A stretch of DNA of 64,000 bases from an uncultured Bacteroidales bacterium (GCA_964646255.1 CAZYDI010000001.1:35213-99212); one strand, 5' to 3'. Numbered from the stretch's first letter, positions 9,067 to 19,192 are shown. Numbers and translations are program-made. Notes: a model not told the origin generated them from the letters alone.

Positions 9067-10434
9067 TCACTGGCGATACAGGTGGACGAATCCTTTAAAC
9101 CACTTCTTGTCTATAGGATTTATAGTACTTTGATACGCAGGTAGCCGGGATATTACATAAAAATAAACCCCTTCAGGGGCTTCTCTGCCCGAATCCATAA
9201 TAAAACCATCCCAGCCAGGCCAATCCCTTATTAATCCCTTGTACTGGTGTACTTTGAGCCCGGTTCTGCTGAAAATGGTTATGTCAACCCCAATTACCGA
9301 AACTTCAGATGTCCGGAAAACATCATTCTCGTTCAGGGTGAAAACCGTATTCCTTGAACCGGAAGGGGTGAACACATTGGGCATATTAAAGTTCTCTTCA
9401 GTTGCATAGTCTATGCTTACCATTAACGACATACTGTCGAGGCATTCGAAGGGTGGATGCGACATTGTTGTTAATACTACTTTATAGTCACCGGGCTTTT
9501 GGTATACATGCTCATACAGCAAAGAATCCGCACCTCCGGTAACCGAATCGCCATCTCCAAAAACAAGCAGGTACTTATTCAGGTTTTTTGACCCGGATAT
9601 GTCAATCCTGAAACGTGCAGGGGCAGAAACATCATCATAATCATAGAATGCCTCAAACCATGGATGATTCGGATAGTTGGCGGTATCATCAACAAGCTTA
9701 ATATATTCGATAGGGTTCTTAATTTCAGCCCTGGACTGAATTGACTTGTAAAATACCGAATCTTCCCGCCGCATGCCATAACTGTCGGAAATGGTTATGG
9801 TATACCAGGTATCCCTCCAGGGCGGATCATTTACACGGGTAAGCAATCGGCCCGGGGGTGTTGATGCGTCTGTATTATCAGACAACCAACGAATGGTATA
9901 CACATTGGGCAGGTTTACTTTTGCTCCTGTTGAGGGATTGTGGTAATATAAAGGAATCCTTGTGCTGTCGGCCCTTAAATCAAGCGAGGCACAATTGTAA
10001 TAGCCGAAAAGAACAGTATCACCTTCACCTTTATTGGTAATGGTTACATTCAAATCGTTCAATATGACCCAGGCCCTGAAAACATGGTTTATTGTACCAT
10101 TGCTCATGGTAACCTGATAACCTGCTGAAGCACTGATGTTATTCAGCACAGATGAATTGCCTGTATTGGATGCTGAAAGGTCATTGTAACCTGAATCCTG
10201 CGGTATGTAAATAGCCCATTGAAAAGTCCAGTCATCCAGCCCGTCAGGGGATAAAGCCAGGAGGGAGGCTGAAACCGGCGCACCAAAGTCAGGCCGGTTA
10301 AAAATAAAAACCTTATCGGTGCCATATTGGGCATTGATTGAATCATCAGCAGCCGGAGCGAATATCTGGGCCTGCAGGCCGCAAAAAATCGACATCACAG
10401 CTGAAACAATGATCCATTTCTTTGTCAATTGCAT
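9067..10434 (-). CDS. secreted protein with a PKD-like domain and a T9SS type-B C-terminal sorting domain
   Basis: Signal peptide. FGDGDSVTG...YEHVYQKPGDYKVVLT. C-terminus MPNVFTPSGS...ITIFSRTGLKVHQY...WPGWDG...PEGVYFYVI...GFVHLYRQ. Confidence 0.8.
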   Translation of the reverse strand: MQLTKKWIIVSAVMSIFCGLQAQIFAPAADDSINAQYGTDKVFIFNRPDFGAPVSASLLALSPDGLDDWTFQWAIYIPQDSGYNDLSASNTGNSSVLNNISASAGYQVTMSNGTINHVFRAWVILNDLNVTITNKGEGDTVLFGYYNCASLDLRADSTRIPLYYHNPSTGAKVNLPNVYTIRWLSDNTDASTPPGRLLTRVNDPPWRDTWYTITISDSYGMRREDSVFYKSIQSRAEIKNPIEYIKLVDDTANYPNHPWFEAFYDYDDVSAPARFRIDISGSKNLNKYLLVFGDGDSVTGGADSLLYEHVYQKPGDYKVVLTTMSHPPFECLDSMSLMVSIDYATEENFNMPNVFTPSGSRNTVFTLNENDVFRTSEVSVIGVDITIFSRTGLKVHQYKGLIRDWPGWDGFIMDSGREAPEGVYFYVISRLPAYQSTINPIDKKWFKGFVHLYRQ

Positions 10435-10503
10435 TCGCCAGAAATATTTTCTACAATGCTAACTAAAAAAAACTAGAATTATTATGGAGACAGGGTATTT
10501 TGC

Positions 10504-11025
10504 CTATAAATCAAACAACCCCTCGGGGGTGTCAATGGTAAGGAGTTTCTCCTTCCGGTTTATCTCAATAATCATACTCCCATGCATCGGGATTAAGTAT
10601 TCCTTTCCTTCATTGTTAACCTGCAATAACGGGTTTTGGGCAATGTCCACCACATCGCCTGCAATCCCAACATACCCTGCACGTTTATCTAGAACCCTGA
10701 AACCTTTCACCGGGTTAATGCCGGTTTCTTTCATTTTTTTTCGGCTTATTTGCCCGGGCAGCACATAAACCTCGTTGCCGCAATATTCCCTGATTCCGGC
10801 TTCATCATCGATACCCTCGAATTTAACAATGATGGAATCAGATGTTCTTACGCTAAACGCTTCAATAAAAAAAGGAACCAGTAGTCCGTCAATACAGATA
10901 AACACTGATCCCTTTTTTTTGATTTCTTCAGCCTTAAAATCACTCAGCAAAACAATCCCGGCCCCTTTGGTAGCATGTGGCTTTACCAATAAGCCTAAAA
11001 ACAGGCATTCTTCCTTTTTGATCAT
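10504..11025 (-). CDS. rimM: ribosome maturation factor RimM
   Basis: 173 aa, directly downstream of rpsP. RimM N-terminal and PRC-barrel pattern (GLLVKPHATKG...; GYVGIAGDVVDIAQNPLLQV; LIPMHGSMIIEINRKEKLLTIDTPEGL). Confidence 0.85.
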   Translation of the reverse strand: MIKKEECLFLGLLVKPHATKGAGIVLLSDFKAEEIKKKGSVFICIDGLLVPFFIEAFSVRTSDSIIVKFEGIDDEAGIREYCGNEVYVLPGQISRKKMKETGINPVKGFRVLDKRAGYVGIAGDVVDIAQNPLLQVNNEGKEYLIPMHGSMIIEINRKEKLLTIDTPEGLFDL

Positions 11026-11102
11026 CCGGTTGTAATAACGTAATTCAAATCGGAAACTCCTGAAGAACGGAATGCTGCAAATGAATAAAAAACCTTCCGG
11101 TA

Positions 11103-11696
11103 TTATTCGGCAGTTTCTTCGCTTTTTTCGGTTGAAGCCTCAGGCTGTTCAGCCTGTTCGGCAGCAGCAGGTTCCTGGGCAACTTCCTCTTCGGCAGTTG
11201 CTTCAGCTTGAGCAGCAGCTTTTGATTCTTCTTCCTGAGCTTTCAGCTTTTTTGCCAATTCCTGTGCTTTTGCTTCCTTAATCTTGGTTTCTGCTTCCAG
11301 GCGCCTTTTCCTCTCGTCGGCTTTACCCTGAGAGATCTTTTCTGTCTGCACCTTCAACCGTGCAGCTTTTTCGCTAAACCATTTCTGGAAACGCGATTCT
11401 GCTTCTTCCATTGAGAAAGCACCTTTTTTTGCACCTTCAATGAGATGCTTCTTCATCATTACACCTTGTTCTGATAAAATAGCCCTACAGGTGTCAGTAG
11501 GTTGAGCGCCCTTTTGTAACCAATCTAATGCTCTATCAAAGTTTAATTCAATAGTAGCAGGATTAGTCTGGGGATTGTACATGCCAATCCTTTCAACGAA
11601 CTTACCATCGCGTGGCGCCCTGCTATCTGCTACCACAATGTGGTAGAAAGGCAACTTCTTGCGGCCTTTTTTCGATAATCTGATTTTTACGGGCAT
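11103..11696 (-). CDS. rpsP: 30S ribosomal protein S16 with a long K/A/E-rich C-terminal extension
   Basis: [42 protein letters not shown]...[14 protein letters not shown] is canonical bS16. Residues ~85-197 are a low-complexity charged tail. Confidence 0.95.
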   Translation of the reverse strand: MPVKIRLSKKGRKKLPFYHIVVADSRAPRDGKFVERIGMYNPQTNPATIELNFDRALDWLQKGAQPTDTCRAILSEQGVMMKKHLIEGAKKGAFSMEEAESRFQKWFSEKAARLKVQTEKISQGKADERKRRLEAETKIKEAKAQELAKKLKAQEEESKAAAQAEATAEEEVAQEPAAAEQAEQPEASTEKSEETAE

Positions 11697-11734
11697 AAAT
11701 AATTATAAAATGAAACCTACTTTATTTGAGGTTG

Positions 11735-11742
11735 CAAATGTA
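11735..11742 (-). promoter_or_regulatory. candidate Bacteroidota -7 box (TACATTTG on the minus strand) for rpsP-rimM
   Basis: Matches TAnnTTTG, 38 nt upstream of the rpsP ATG. No clear -33 TTG; the upstream region is A/T-rich. Confidence 0.35.
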
Positions 11743-11781
11743 TAATTTTTTTTAAAAATTTTTCCGTATTGAAAAATTAAT

Positions 11782-11789
11782 TATTTTTG
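11782..11789 (+). promoter_or_regulatory. candidate -7 box (TATTTTTG) for rpsT
   Basis: Matches TAnnTTTG, 43 nt upstream of the rpsT ATG. The -33 element is not convincing. Confidence 0.35.
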
Positions 11790-11832
11790 TCGCTCTTTTT
11801 AAATAGCATAATTCGAAAATTAAAACAATACC

Positions 11833-12087
11833 ATGGCCAATCATAAGTCATCAGAGAAAAGGATAAGACAGGACGAAACCAAGAAGACAAGAAATAAATA
11901 CGCTGCCCGTACCACAAGAAATGCGGTTAAGGAAATGCGTGCTGTTACAGATAAAGCCAAGGCAGCAGAGTTGTTACCCAAAGTTTCCGCTATGCTTGAT
12001 AAACTTGCAAAAAAGAATGTCATTCACCCCAACAAGGCTGCCAACCTGAAATCAGAACTGGCAAAGCAGGTGAACAACGCAAAATAA
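11833..12087 (+). CDS. rpsT: 30S ribosomal protein S20
   Basis: [33 protein letters not shown]...; 84 aa and basic. Confidence 0.95.
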   Translation: MANHKSSEKRIRQDETKKTRNKYAARTTRNAVKEMRAVTDKAKAAELLPKVSAMLDKLAKKNVIHPNKAANLKSELAKQVNNAK

Positions 12088-12110
12088 ATATTTCCCACAA
12101 TAATGTCAGA

Positions 12111-12135
12111 CCCCGGCCCAAAACCGGGGTTTTTT
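12111..12135 (+). terminator. rho-independent terminator of rpsT
   Basis: CCCCGG (12111-12116) pairs with CCGGGG (12124-12129), followed by T6. Confidence 0.8.
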
Positions 12136-12202
12136 CATTGGTTGTCAGTATCCTATATGGACTTTTTTTATTACCTTTTGAAAGTCAATTTAGTTAACTG
12201 AA

Positions 12203-12898
12203 ATGGAAGGGTATAAATCAATAAGTATACGTAACTGGGCTGTTGAAGATCGCCCCCGCGAAAAATTGGTTTCCTGTGGCACACAAAGCCTCAGTGATGC
12301 AGAGTTAATCGCCTTGCTCATAGGATCCGGCACACGCAGTCATTCGGCTGTTGACCTGGCCCGTCAACTATTGCACATGGCGGGTAACAGCCTTGACAAG
12401 CTTGGTAAGTACCCGGTGGGTGACCTTACAAAGCTAAAGGGTATTGGCCAGGCAAAGGCTATTACCATAGTTGCAGCCCTCGAACTTGGTCGCAGGCGAA
12501 AAGCCGAAGAGCTGCCTGATCCCCCTAAAATTACCGGCAGTGCCGACGTTTTCCGAATCATGCAGCCTGTGCTTTGCGACCTCCCTCATGAGGAATTCTG
12601 GACACTTTTCCTCACCCGTTCAAACCGGGTAATCAGCAAATTTAAAATAAGCCAGGGAGGAATAACCGGTACAGTTACCGATATTCGCCTTATCTTAAAA
12701 ACAGCACTCAATCAGCTGGCTACATCCATGATACTCTGCCATAATCATCCTTCCGGTAATCTTCAGCCCAGTGAGGCCGATATTTCCATAACACGACGCT
12801 TAAAGGAATCTGCATCACTAATGGATATTTCATTGCTCGATCACCTCATTATAGGTGGCAGGGGGTATTTTAGTTTTGCCGATGAAAATATTCTTTAA
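12203..12898 (+). CDS. radC: RadC-family JAB/MPN domain protein
   Basis: Helix-hairpin-helix region (LKGIGQAKAITIVAALELGRR) and JAB motif HNHPSGNLQPSEADISITRRL. Confidence 0.9.
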   Translation: MEGYKSISIRNWAVEDRPREKLVSCGTQSLSDAELIALLIGSGTRSHSAVDLARQLLHMAGNSLDKLGKYPVGDLTKLKGIGQAKAITIVAALELGRRRKAEELPDPPKITGSADVFRIMQPVLCDLPHEEFWTLFLTRSNRVISKFKISQGGITGTVTDIRLILKTALNQLATSMILCHNHPSGNLQPSEADISITRRLKESASLMDISLLDHLIIGGRGYFSFADENIL

Positions 12899-13374
12899 AC
12901 TTTCCTTACGGTTAATTCATCCGTACAGCGCCCGAGGAGCTGCAAAATAGTCCGGCCCAGAACAGGATGTACATACGTCGGAGCTATCTGAACCATGGGA
13001 ATAAGTACAAATTTTCTTTCATGGATAAGCGGATGCGGTATTTTTAACTCCTCCGATGAATATATCCGGTTATCATAAAACAGAATGTCGATATCAATAG
13101 TCCTGGGCATAAACCTTTCCAATGTAAGCTTTCGGCCACATTTCGATTCAATGCTCTTTACAAATTCCAATAAATCCTGCGGTTCAAGAACAGTTTCTAT
13201 TAATACCACCTGGTTAAAAAAAGGCGGTTGATTGATACGCCCCCATGCCTCGGTTTCATAAATAGCCGACGTGACCACGACTTTGGCCTGCTCCTGAATT
13301 AGTCTCAGGGCCTTTGCCAGGTTACCCTCCCGGTTTCCGACATTGCTTCCCAATGAAATATAAACCTGATGCAT
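12895..13374 (-). CDS. folK: 2-amino-4-hydroxy-6-hydroxymethyldihydropteridine diphosphokinase
   Basis: 159 aa. VYISLGSNVGN, YETEAWG, RTIDIDILFY and IPHP are typical of HPPK. Confidence 0.9.
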   Translation of the reverse strand: MHQVYISLGSNVGNREGNLAKALRLIQEQAKVVVTSAIYETEAWGRINQPPFFNQVVLIETVLEPQDLLEFVKSIESKCGRKLTLERFMPRTIDIDILFYDNRIYSSEELKIPHPLIHERKFVLIPMVQIAPTYVHPVLGRTILQLLGRCTDELTVRKV

Positions 13375-13456
13375 GGACGATTGTTAGCATTACAAAATTA
13401 GGCTATTTCAGTCGAAATCATTAATATTGTTCGTAATTCCAATAAACTGTACCAAC

Positions 13457-15226
13457 ATGAAAAGTTTCTTTAAATTCCTTCTTGCTTCCACGCTTGGTGT
13501 ATTGATAGCATCTTTGATCATGTTCTTTATAACCGTTGGCATTTTAACCGCTATGATCGCTTCGGCCGACAAACCCACAAACATCAAGTCAAACAGTATA
13601 TTATTGCTTAAACTGGATAAGCCCATTAAGGACAGGAAATCTTCCATGCCTGCCCTTTCTTTTAATATCATCAACTTTGGCACTGAATCTGATCTCGGTC
13701 TTAACGATATCCTGAAGAATATCCGGAAAGCCAAGGAAGATGACAACATAAAAGGCATTTACCTCCAGTTATCCGGGATGCAAACCGGTATAGCAACCAT
13801 CGAAGAAATCCGCAATGCGCTCATCGACTTTAAAGCATCGGGTAAATTTATCGTTGCATTCAGTGAGATATTTAGCCAGGGATCCTATTACCTGGCTTCG
13901 GTTTCCGACAGGATTTACATTACCCATGGTGGTTCATTGCCCTTTACAGGCCTCAGTGCGGATCTCTTCTTTTATAAAAACATGCTGGAGAAACTTGATC
14001 TGGAGCCCGAAATAATCCGCCATGGCAAGTTTAAAAGTGCTGTTGAGCCCTTTATGAACGATAAAATGAGCGACGAAAACCGTGAGCAGATTAAGACCTA
14101 TGTGGGTTCTATCTGGCATTATATGCTGGGGCAAATAGCAGAGAGCAGAAAAACCTCCGTGGAAAATCTGAATACCCTGGCCGACAACCTGCTTTTCTGG
14201 GACAACAATAACCTGATTCGTTATGACCTCATCGATGGGATACTTTATAAGGATCAGGTACTTGATACCCTTGCCAATCTTGTTGATATATCAAAAGCGA
14301 AAGATCTTGAATTTGTGTCGCATGGCAAATACCTTCGGGTTCCTGAAAAAAGTGAAAAGAAGAAATATTCATCGAATAAGGTTGCCGTCATTTATGCTGA
14401 AGGAGACATCGTATCCGGTGACCAGGGCGATGGATATATCGGATCGGAAAGAATTGCCCGGACCATAAGGGAAGCCCGGCAGGATTCTTCGATAAAAGCC
14501 ATTGTTTTCAGAATAAATTCCGGTGGAGGCAGTGCCCTGGCTTCCGAAACAATCTGGAGAGAACTCGACCTGGCAAGACAGGCAAAACCCCTGATAGCAT
14601 CCATGGGTGATGTTGCTGCTTCGGGCGGTTATTATATTGCAGCTCCGGCAGATACCATCGTGGCAAGTCCAAATACAATAACCGGTTCAATTGGCGTTTT
14701 CGGGCTGCTGCTTAATACCAGGGACTTCCTTAAAAATAAACTGGGCATTACCACCGATGTTGAAAAAACCAATACGTATGCAGATTTTCCTTCTTTCACA
14801 CGGCTTCTGACAACAGCAGAAAGAACGGTGTTACAGCAATCGATCGATTATATCTATCAAACCTTTGTTAACCGTGTTTCCAGTGGCCGGGATATGCCAT
14901 TTGCTGAAGTTGACAAAATTGGCGAAGGTCGCGTATGGAGTGGTATTAATGCACAGGAGCGTGGACTGGTTGATGTTTTCGGGGGACTGAACACTGCAAT
15001 TAATATAGCCGTTGAAAAGGCCGGGCTTGAATCATACAGGATTGTGGAATTGCCTAAGCAGGAAGATCCTCTTGCACAAATCCTGAAGGAACTTACTGGT
15101 GAAGTAAAGGCACGGATCATTAAAAATGAATTGGCCGGCCAGTACCGCCACTTCAAGTACCTTGAAAATTTACTTAAACAGGAAGTTATCCAGGCAAGGA
15201 TGCCTTTTGAAATGACCGTACAATAG
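13457..15226 (+). CDS. sppA: signal peptide peptidase SppA, 67K type (the ORF could start at 13427)
   Basis: N-terminal TM segment and two S49 domains. Motif MGDVAASGGYYIAAPAD; SGINAQERGLVD. Confidence 0.9.
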   Translation: MKSFFKFLLASTLGVLIASLIMFFITVGILTAMIASADKPTNIKSNSILLLKLDKPIKDRKSSMPALSFNIINFGTESDLGLNDILKNIRKAKEDDNIKGIYLQLSGMQTGIATIEEIRNALIDFKASGKFIVAFSEIFSQGSYYLASVSDRIYITHGGSLPFTGLSADLFFYKNMLEKLDLEPEIIRHGKFKSAVEPFMNDKMSDENREQIKTYVGSIWHYMLGQIAESRKTSVENLNTLADNLLFWDNNNLIRYDLIDGILYKDQVLDTLANLVDISKAKDLEFVSHGKYLRVPEKSEKKKYSSNKVAVIYAEGDIVSGDQGDGYIGSERIARTIREARQDSSIKAIVFRINSGGGSALASETIWRELDLARQAKPLIASMGDVAASGGYYIAAPADTIVASPNTITGSIGVFGLLLNTRDFLKNKLGITTDVEKTNTYADFPSFTRLLTTAERTVLQQSIDYIYQTFVNRVSSGRDMPFAEVDKIGEGRVWSGINAQERGLVDVFGGLNTAINIAVEKAGLESYRIVELPKQEDPLAQILKELTGEVKARIIKNELAGQYRHFKYLENLLKQEVIQARMPFEMTVQ

Positions 15227-15231
15227 TCAAT

Positions 15232-16317
15232 ATGCGCTTATCCGGACGTGCACAAAGGCCAGTTCTCATTCCTTTTTCTTTTCTGTTCGGAATCGTAGTC
15301 CGGTTGCGAAACTTTCTTTATAATACCGGTTTTTTTAAATCGGAACGTTTCGCCATTCCTGTTATATCGGTAGGAAATATTACCGTTGGCGGAACAGGTA
15401 AAACTCCCCATGTTGAATACATGGTTAAACTGCTTAAAGATGTCCATCATCTGGCTGTTCTGAGCCGCGGATATAAAAGACATACACGTAATTTCATCCT
15501 GGCCGGAGAAAACTCCACCGTCGGTGAAATTGGCGATGAACCAAAGCAGATTAAGCAGAAATTTCCCGATGTTCATGTTGCCGTGGACAGAAACAGAGTG
15601 AATGGCATACATACGCTGCATAAACTACTGCCCGGCCTTAACCTGGTAATCCTCGACGATGCTTTTCAGCACCGGAAGGTATCACCGGGATTATCCATTG
15701 TACTGATTGATTATAACCGGCCTTTGTTTAAAGATATGATGCTGCCGGCCGGTAATCTGCGTGAACCGGCTAAAAACATCGACCGGGCCGATGTGGTAAT
15801 TGTAACCAAATGCCCCGGAAACCTTACGATAGAATCAAGGGAGCAGTACATTGCCCGATTGGAAACCAAAACAGGGCATATATTCTTTACCACCTTCAAC
15901 TATGGCAATGTTTTGCCGGTGTTCCCCAATCATGACAAAATAAAGGGTTTCGCCAATGCTGAACCTTTTCCTTCTCCTCACCTCTTACTGATCACCGGTA
16001 TCGCAAACCCGGTTCCTCTAAGGGAATATTTATCTTCTTTAGGGCAATTAGCCGGTGAAATGGTCTTCCCCGATCATCACCACTACCGCCATAACGATAT
16101 TCTTGCTATTCAAAAGCGATTTCATACCATCAAAGCAGATCAGAAATTGATTGTTGTTACTGAGAAAGATGCGGTACGCCTACGCGAATTAAGTATTCCC
16201 GATGATATAAAAAGGGCGCTGCATTATATTCCAATAGATGTACGCTTTTTATATAATGAAGAACCGGCTTTTAAACAGCTTATTTATCAGTATATGAAGG
16301 GATCATTACCCCGGTGA
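15232..16317 (+). CDS. lpxK: tetraacyldisaccharide 4'-kinase
   Basis: VISVGNITVGGTGKTPHVEYM P-loop, LSRGYKR and ILDDAFQHR. Confidence 0.9.
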   Translation: MRLSGRAQRPVLIPFSFLFGIVVRLRNFLYNTGFFKSERFAIPVISVGNITVGGTGKTPHVEYMVKLLKDVHHLAVLSRGYKRHTRNFILAGENSTVGEIGDEPKQIKQKFPDVHVAVDRNRVNGIHTLHKLLPGLNLVILDDAFQHRKVSPGLSIVLIDYNRPLFKDMMLPAGNLREPAKNIDRADVVIVTKCPGNLTIESREQYIARLETKTGHIFFTTFNYGNVLPVFPNHDKIKGFANAEPFPSPHLLLITGIANPVPLREYLSSLGQLAGEMVFPDHHHYRHNDILAIQKRFHTIKADQKLIVVTEKDAVRLRELSIPDDIKRALHYIPIDVRFLYNEEPAFKQLIYQYMKGSLPR

Positions 16318-17211
16318 TTATTCCACCCCGCTTACCTTCATCTTAAAAAGGTATACCGATGTTCTCGCAGTTATAAAGAGAATATTCCGCCCGGCACCTC
16401 CAAAACAAACATTGGAAGGAGATTCAGGAACATCTATTTCGGCTATTTTTTGTCCCCCGGGGTTAATTACCAAAACCTTACCCGAGGTGAGATACACATT
16501 ACCCTTATTGTCCAGCGCCATGCCATCGGATCCGAATGGTGCAAACAGCATTTTATTGCTCAGTGTTCCATCTGCATTAATGGAATATTTCCAGGTCTTT
16601 CCGGCCCTGATATCAGCAACATACAGGTATTTTCCATCAGGGGTGCCTGCTATTCCGTTTGGTTGTTCAAGGTCGTCGATAATCCTTACTGCGTTGCCTC
16701 CCGGTGGCAGGTAATATACTCCCTGAACATCCAGTTCCTGTTTGTGGTGTGAGGGCCACCAGGGACGGTGATAATAAGGATCGGTGAAATAAATACCTCC
16801 CTTGTTGTCGACCCACAAATCGTTGGGCCCGTTAAAATGCTTGCCTGAATAATGGCTCTCATAGTAAGGTTTTACCACACCCTCAGGGGTGATGATAACA
16901 ATCCGGTTATGGAGATCTGCACAACTGTATAAAATGCCGTTGGTATCAGCATACGTTCCGTTGGACCGCTCAACATCATAAATAGTATCAATGATTCCCT
17001 GGCCCTCCTCCCAGACAAAAATCTTATCATTGGGCTGATCGGTAAAATACACTTTACCGTCGGGCAAAACCGAAGGCCCCTCGGTAAAGGAAAAACCGGT
17101 GGCCGCTTTAACCATCTTAGCATTGTCTTCAGCAATAAGGCATAAGCCTGGTTCCTGGCCCTGGCAAGTAATGCCGGCCATGAAGATAATTACCAACAGG
17201 GTAAGTTTCAT
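16318..17211 (-). CDS. SMP-30/gluconolactonase/LRE family beta-propeller protein, exported
   Basis: Signal peptide from MKLTLLVIIFMAG. FTEGPSV, GPNDLWVD, QPNGIAGTPDGKYLYVAD and PSNVCFGG motifs. Confidence 0.75.
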   Translation of the reverse strand: MKLTLLVIIFMAGITCQGQEPGLCLIAEDNAKMVKAATGFSFTEGPSVLPDGKVYFTDQPNDKIFVWEEGQGIIDTIYDVERSNGTYADTNGILYSCADLHNRIVIITPEGVVKPYYESHYSGKHFNGPNDLWVDNKGGIYFTDPYYHRPWWPSHHKQELDVQGVYYLPPGGNAVRIIDDLEQPNGIAGTPDGKYLYVADIRAGKTWKYSINADGTLSNKMLFAPFGSDGMALDNKGNVYLTSGKVLVINPGGQKIAEIDVPESPSNVCFGGAGRNILFITARTSVYLFKMKVSGVE

Positions 17212-17320
17212 TTTTTTATTACAAAAATAAACAAGAAATAGCAAAAGCCGTCGTCAATCACTATGCTTCATTTTTTATCTTTGTTTGGCTAACAACATTT
17301 CTAACTAAAATCAACATTCC

Positions 17321-19192
17321 ATGAAAAATTTCGCTTGCCTGATGGTTGTTTTAATGATTTCAGTGGCTTCTTTTGCCCAACCTCCTTATTATAAAAACTT
17401 TACGGTTTCTGTTTATGCCAGGGCCTATGAGGTTAACGAAATGGCCGATATTAAGAAGCTGGAACAAAACTGGGATATTATTAGTCAACAGGTTAAAGTT
17501 GACAAAATTTACCTGGAAACTCACCGCGATAAGCTGATTACAGATTCCAAAGCACTTGAGCAGGCAATAAAGTTTTTTAAGTCGAAAGGCCTGAAAGTGG
17601 CCGGTGGCATTACGTATACAATGAATGAAAGCAATAATTTTGAGACTTTTTGTTATACCAATCCTGAACACCGGCAAAAGGCTAAAGAGATAGCAACTTA
17701 CACAGCCAAATACTTTGATGAATTTATTCTTGATGATTTCTTTTTTACAAGCTGCAAGTGCGATTTATGCATTGAAGCAAAAGGAAATAAAAGCTGGACC
17801 GAATATCGTCTGCAATTAATGACAGATGCGGCACGTGACCTAATCATCAATCCTGCCAAAGCAGTTAACCCCAAGGTGAAGGTCATCATCAAGTACCCCA
17901 ACTGGTATGAGCATTTTCAGGGCCTGGGTTTCAACCTCGAAACAGAACCCGGCATGTTCGATGGCATCTACACGGGAACGGAAACCCGTGACCCGGTATT
18001 TACCGATCAGCATCTTCAGCAATATGAAAGTTATCTTATTGTCCGTTATTTTGAAAACATTGCCCCGGGTAGAAATGGCGGAGGATGGGTTGATCCGGGC
18101 GCTGCCTTTTACCTCGACAGGTATGCTGAACAGTTTTGGCTTACACTTTTTGCCAAAGCTCCCGAAGTAACAATGTTTGATTACCGGCAATTGCTTAACC
18201 CTGTTTCTCTCTCACAGCGAGGATCATGGCAGGGAAATCAAACCAGTTTTAATTTTGAAGAAGGCTTTAAACCTGTCGTTACGCGTGACAACACCGTAAA
18301 ACCTGCAACCTATGCCCGCGCAGCAGGAATGGCATTTGAACAGGTTGATAAGTTTCTTGGTAAACTTGGCAATCCGGAAGGCATTAAAAGTTACCGGCCA
18401 TTCCATGCCACAGGGGAAGATTTTTTGCAAAACTACCTGGGCATGATTGGTATACCAATGGATATTGTACCCGTATTTCCCAATGACGGGGATATGATCA
18501 TCCTTACTGAGTCGGCTGCCTTTGATGCGGACATTGTTTCCAAAATTAAAACCCGTTTGCGCTCCGGCAGGAATGTTATGATAACTTCAGGCTTATTGCG
18601 GGCATTGCAGGGGAAAGGTATTGAAGACATTGCTGAAATAACATACACCGACCGAAAAGCATTGGTTTCTGATTTCAAAGCCGGATGGGGCAGATTTGTT
18701 AAATCGGAGCAGGAAATTCTGATTCCCCAGATTAATTACCTTACCAATGATTCATGGGAAGAAGTTTCGGCAATCAAAGGCGCCACAGGATGGCCAGTTT
18801 TACACAGGGCACAGTATTCAGGGGCAAATTTATACGTGCTGACCATTCCCGATAATTTCTCCGATTTATACCAATATCCTGCAGAAGTTCTGAACAGGAT
18901 ACGCGCGGTGGCAACAAAGGACCTTAAAGTTAGAATTGAAGGCCCTTCACAGGTAAGCTTATTTTGCTATGACAACGGTACCTTCATTGTGGAATCATTC
19001 CTGCCTGAACCGGTCAGGGTAAAAATAGTATTCAGCAATCCTTATAAAGCAATTACGGACTTGATCAGCAATGAAACCCTCCAGGGAAACCTGGTGTCAA
19101 ACGCCTTTTTCAGAAACAGGCAGGCCACCCCGGAATACAATGTCGAATTAACTATAAAGCCTCATTCATATATGGTATATCAATTACAATAG
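17321..19192 (+). CDS. secreted protein of unknown function, possibly a distant GH42-like three-domain glycoside hydrolase
   Basis: Signal peptide. The N-terminal half has an alternating beta/alpha pattern. Cysteine cluster C111-x33-C145-x-C147-x2-C150 (FCYTNPEH...SCKCDLC). The function assignment is inference only. Confidence 0.35.
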   Translation: MKNFACLMVVLMISVASFAQPPYYKNFTVSVYARAYEVNEMADIKKLEQNWDIISQQVKVDKIYLETHRDKLITDSKALEQAIKFFKSKGLKVAGGITYTMNESNNFETFCYTNPEHRQKAKEIATYTAKYFDEFILDDFFFTSCKCDLCIEAKGNKSWTEYRLQLMTDAARDLIINPAKAVNPKVKVIIKYPNWYEHFQGLGFNLETEPGMFDGIYTGTETRDPVFTDQHLQQYESYLIVRYFENIAPGRNGGGWVDPGAAFYLDRYAEQFWLTLFAKAPEVTMFDYRQLLNPVSLSQRGSWQGNQTSFNFEEGFKPVVTRDNTVKPATYARAAGMAFEQVDKFLGKLGNPEGIKSYRPFHATGEDFLQNYLGMIGIPMDIVPVFPNDGDMIILTESAAFDADIVSKIKTRLRSGRNVMITSGLLRALQGKGIEDIAEITYTDRKALVSDFKAGWGRFVKSEQEILIPQINYLTNDSWEEVSAIKGATGWPVLHRAQYSGANLYVLTIPDNFSDLYQYPAEVLNRIRAVATKDLKVRIEGPSQVSLFCYDNGTFIVESFLPEPVRVKIVFSNPYKAITDLISNETLQGNLVSNAFFRNRQATPEYNVELTIKPHSYMVYQLQ

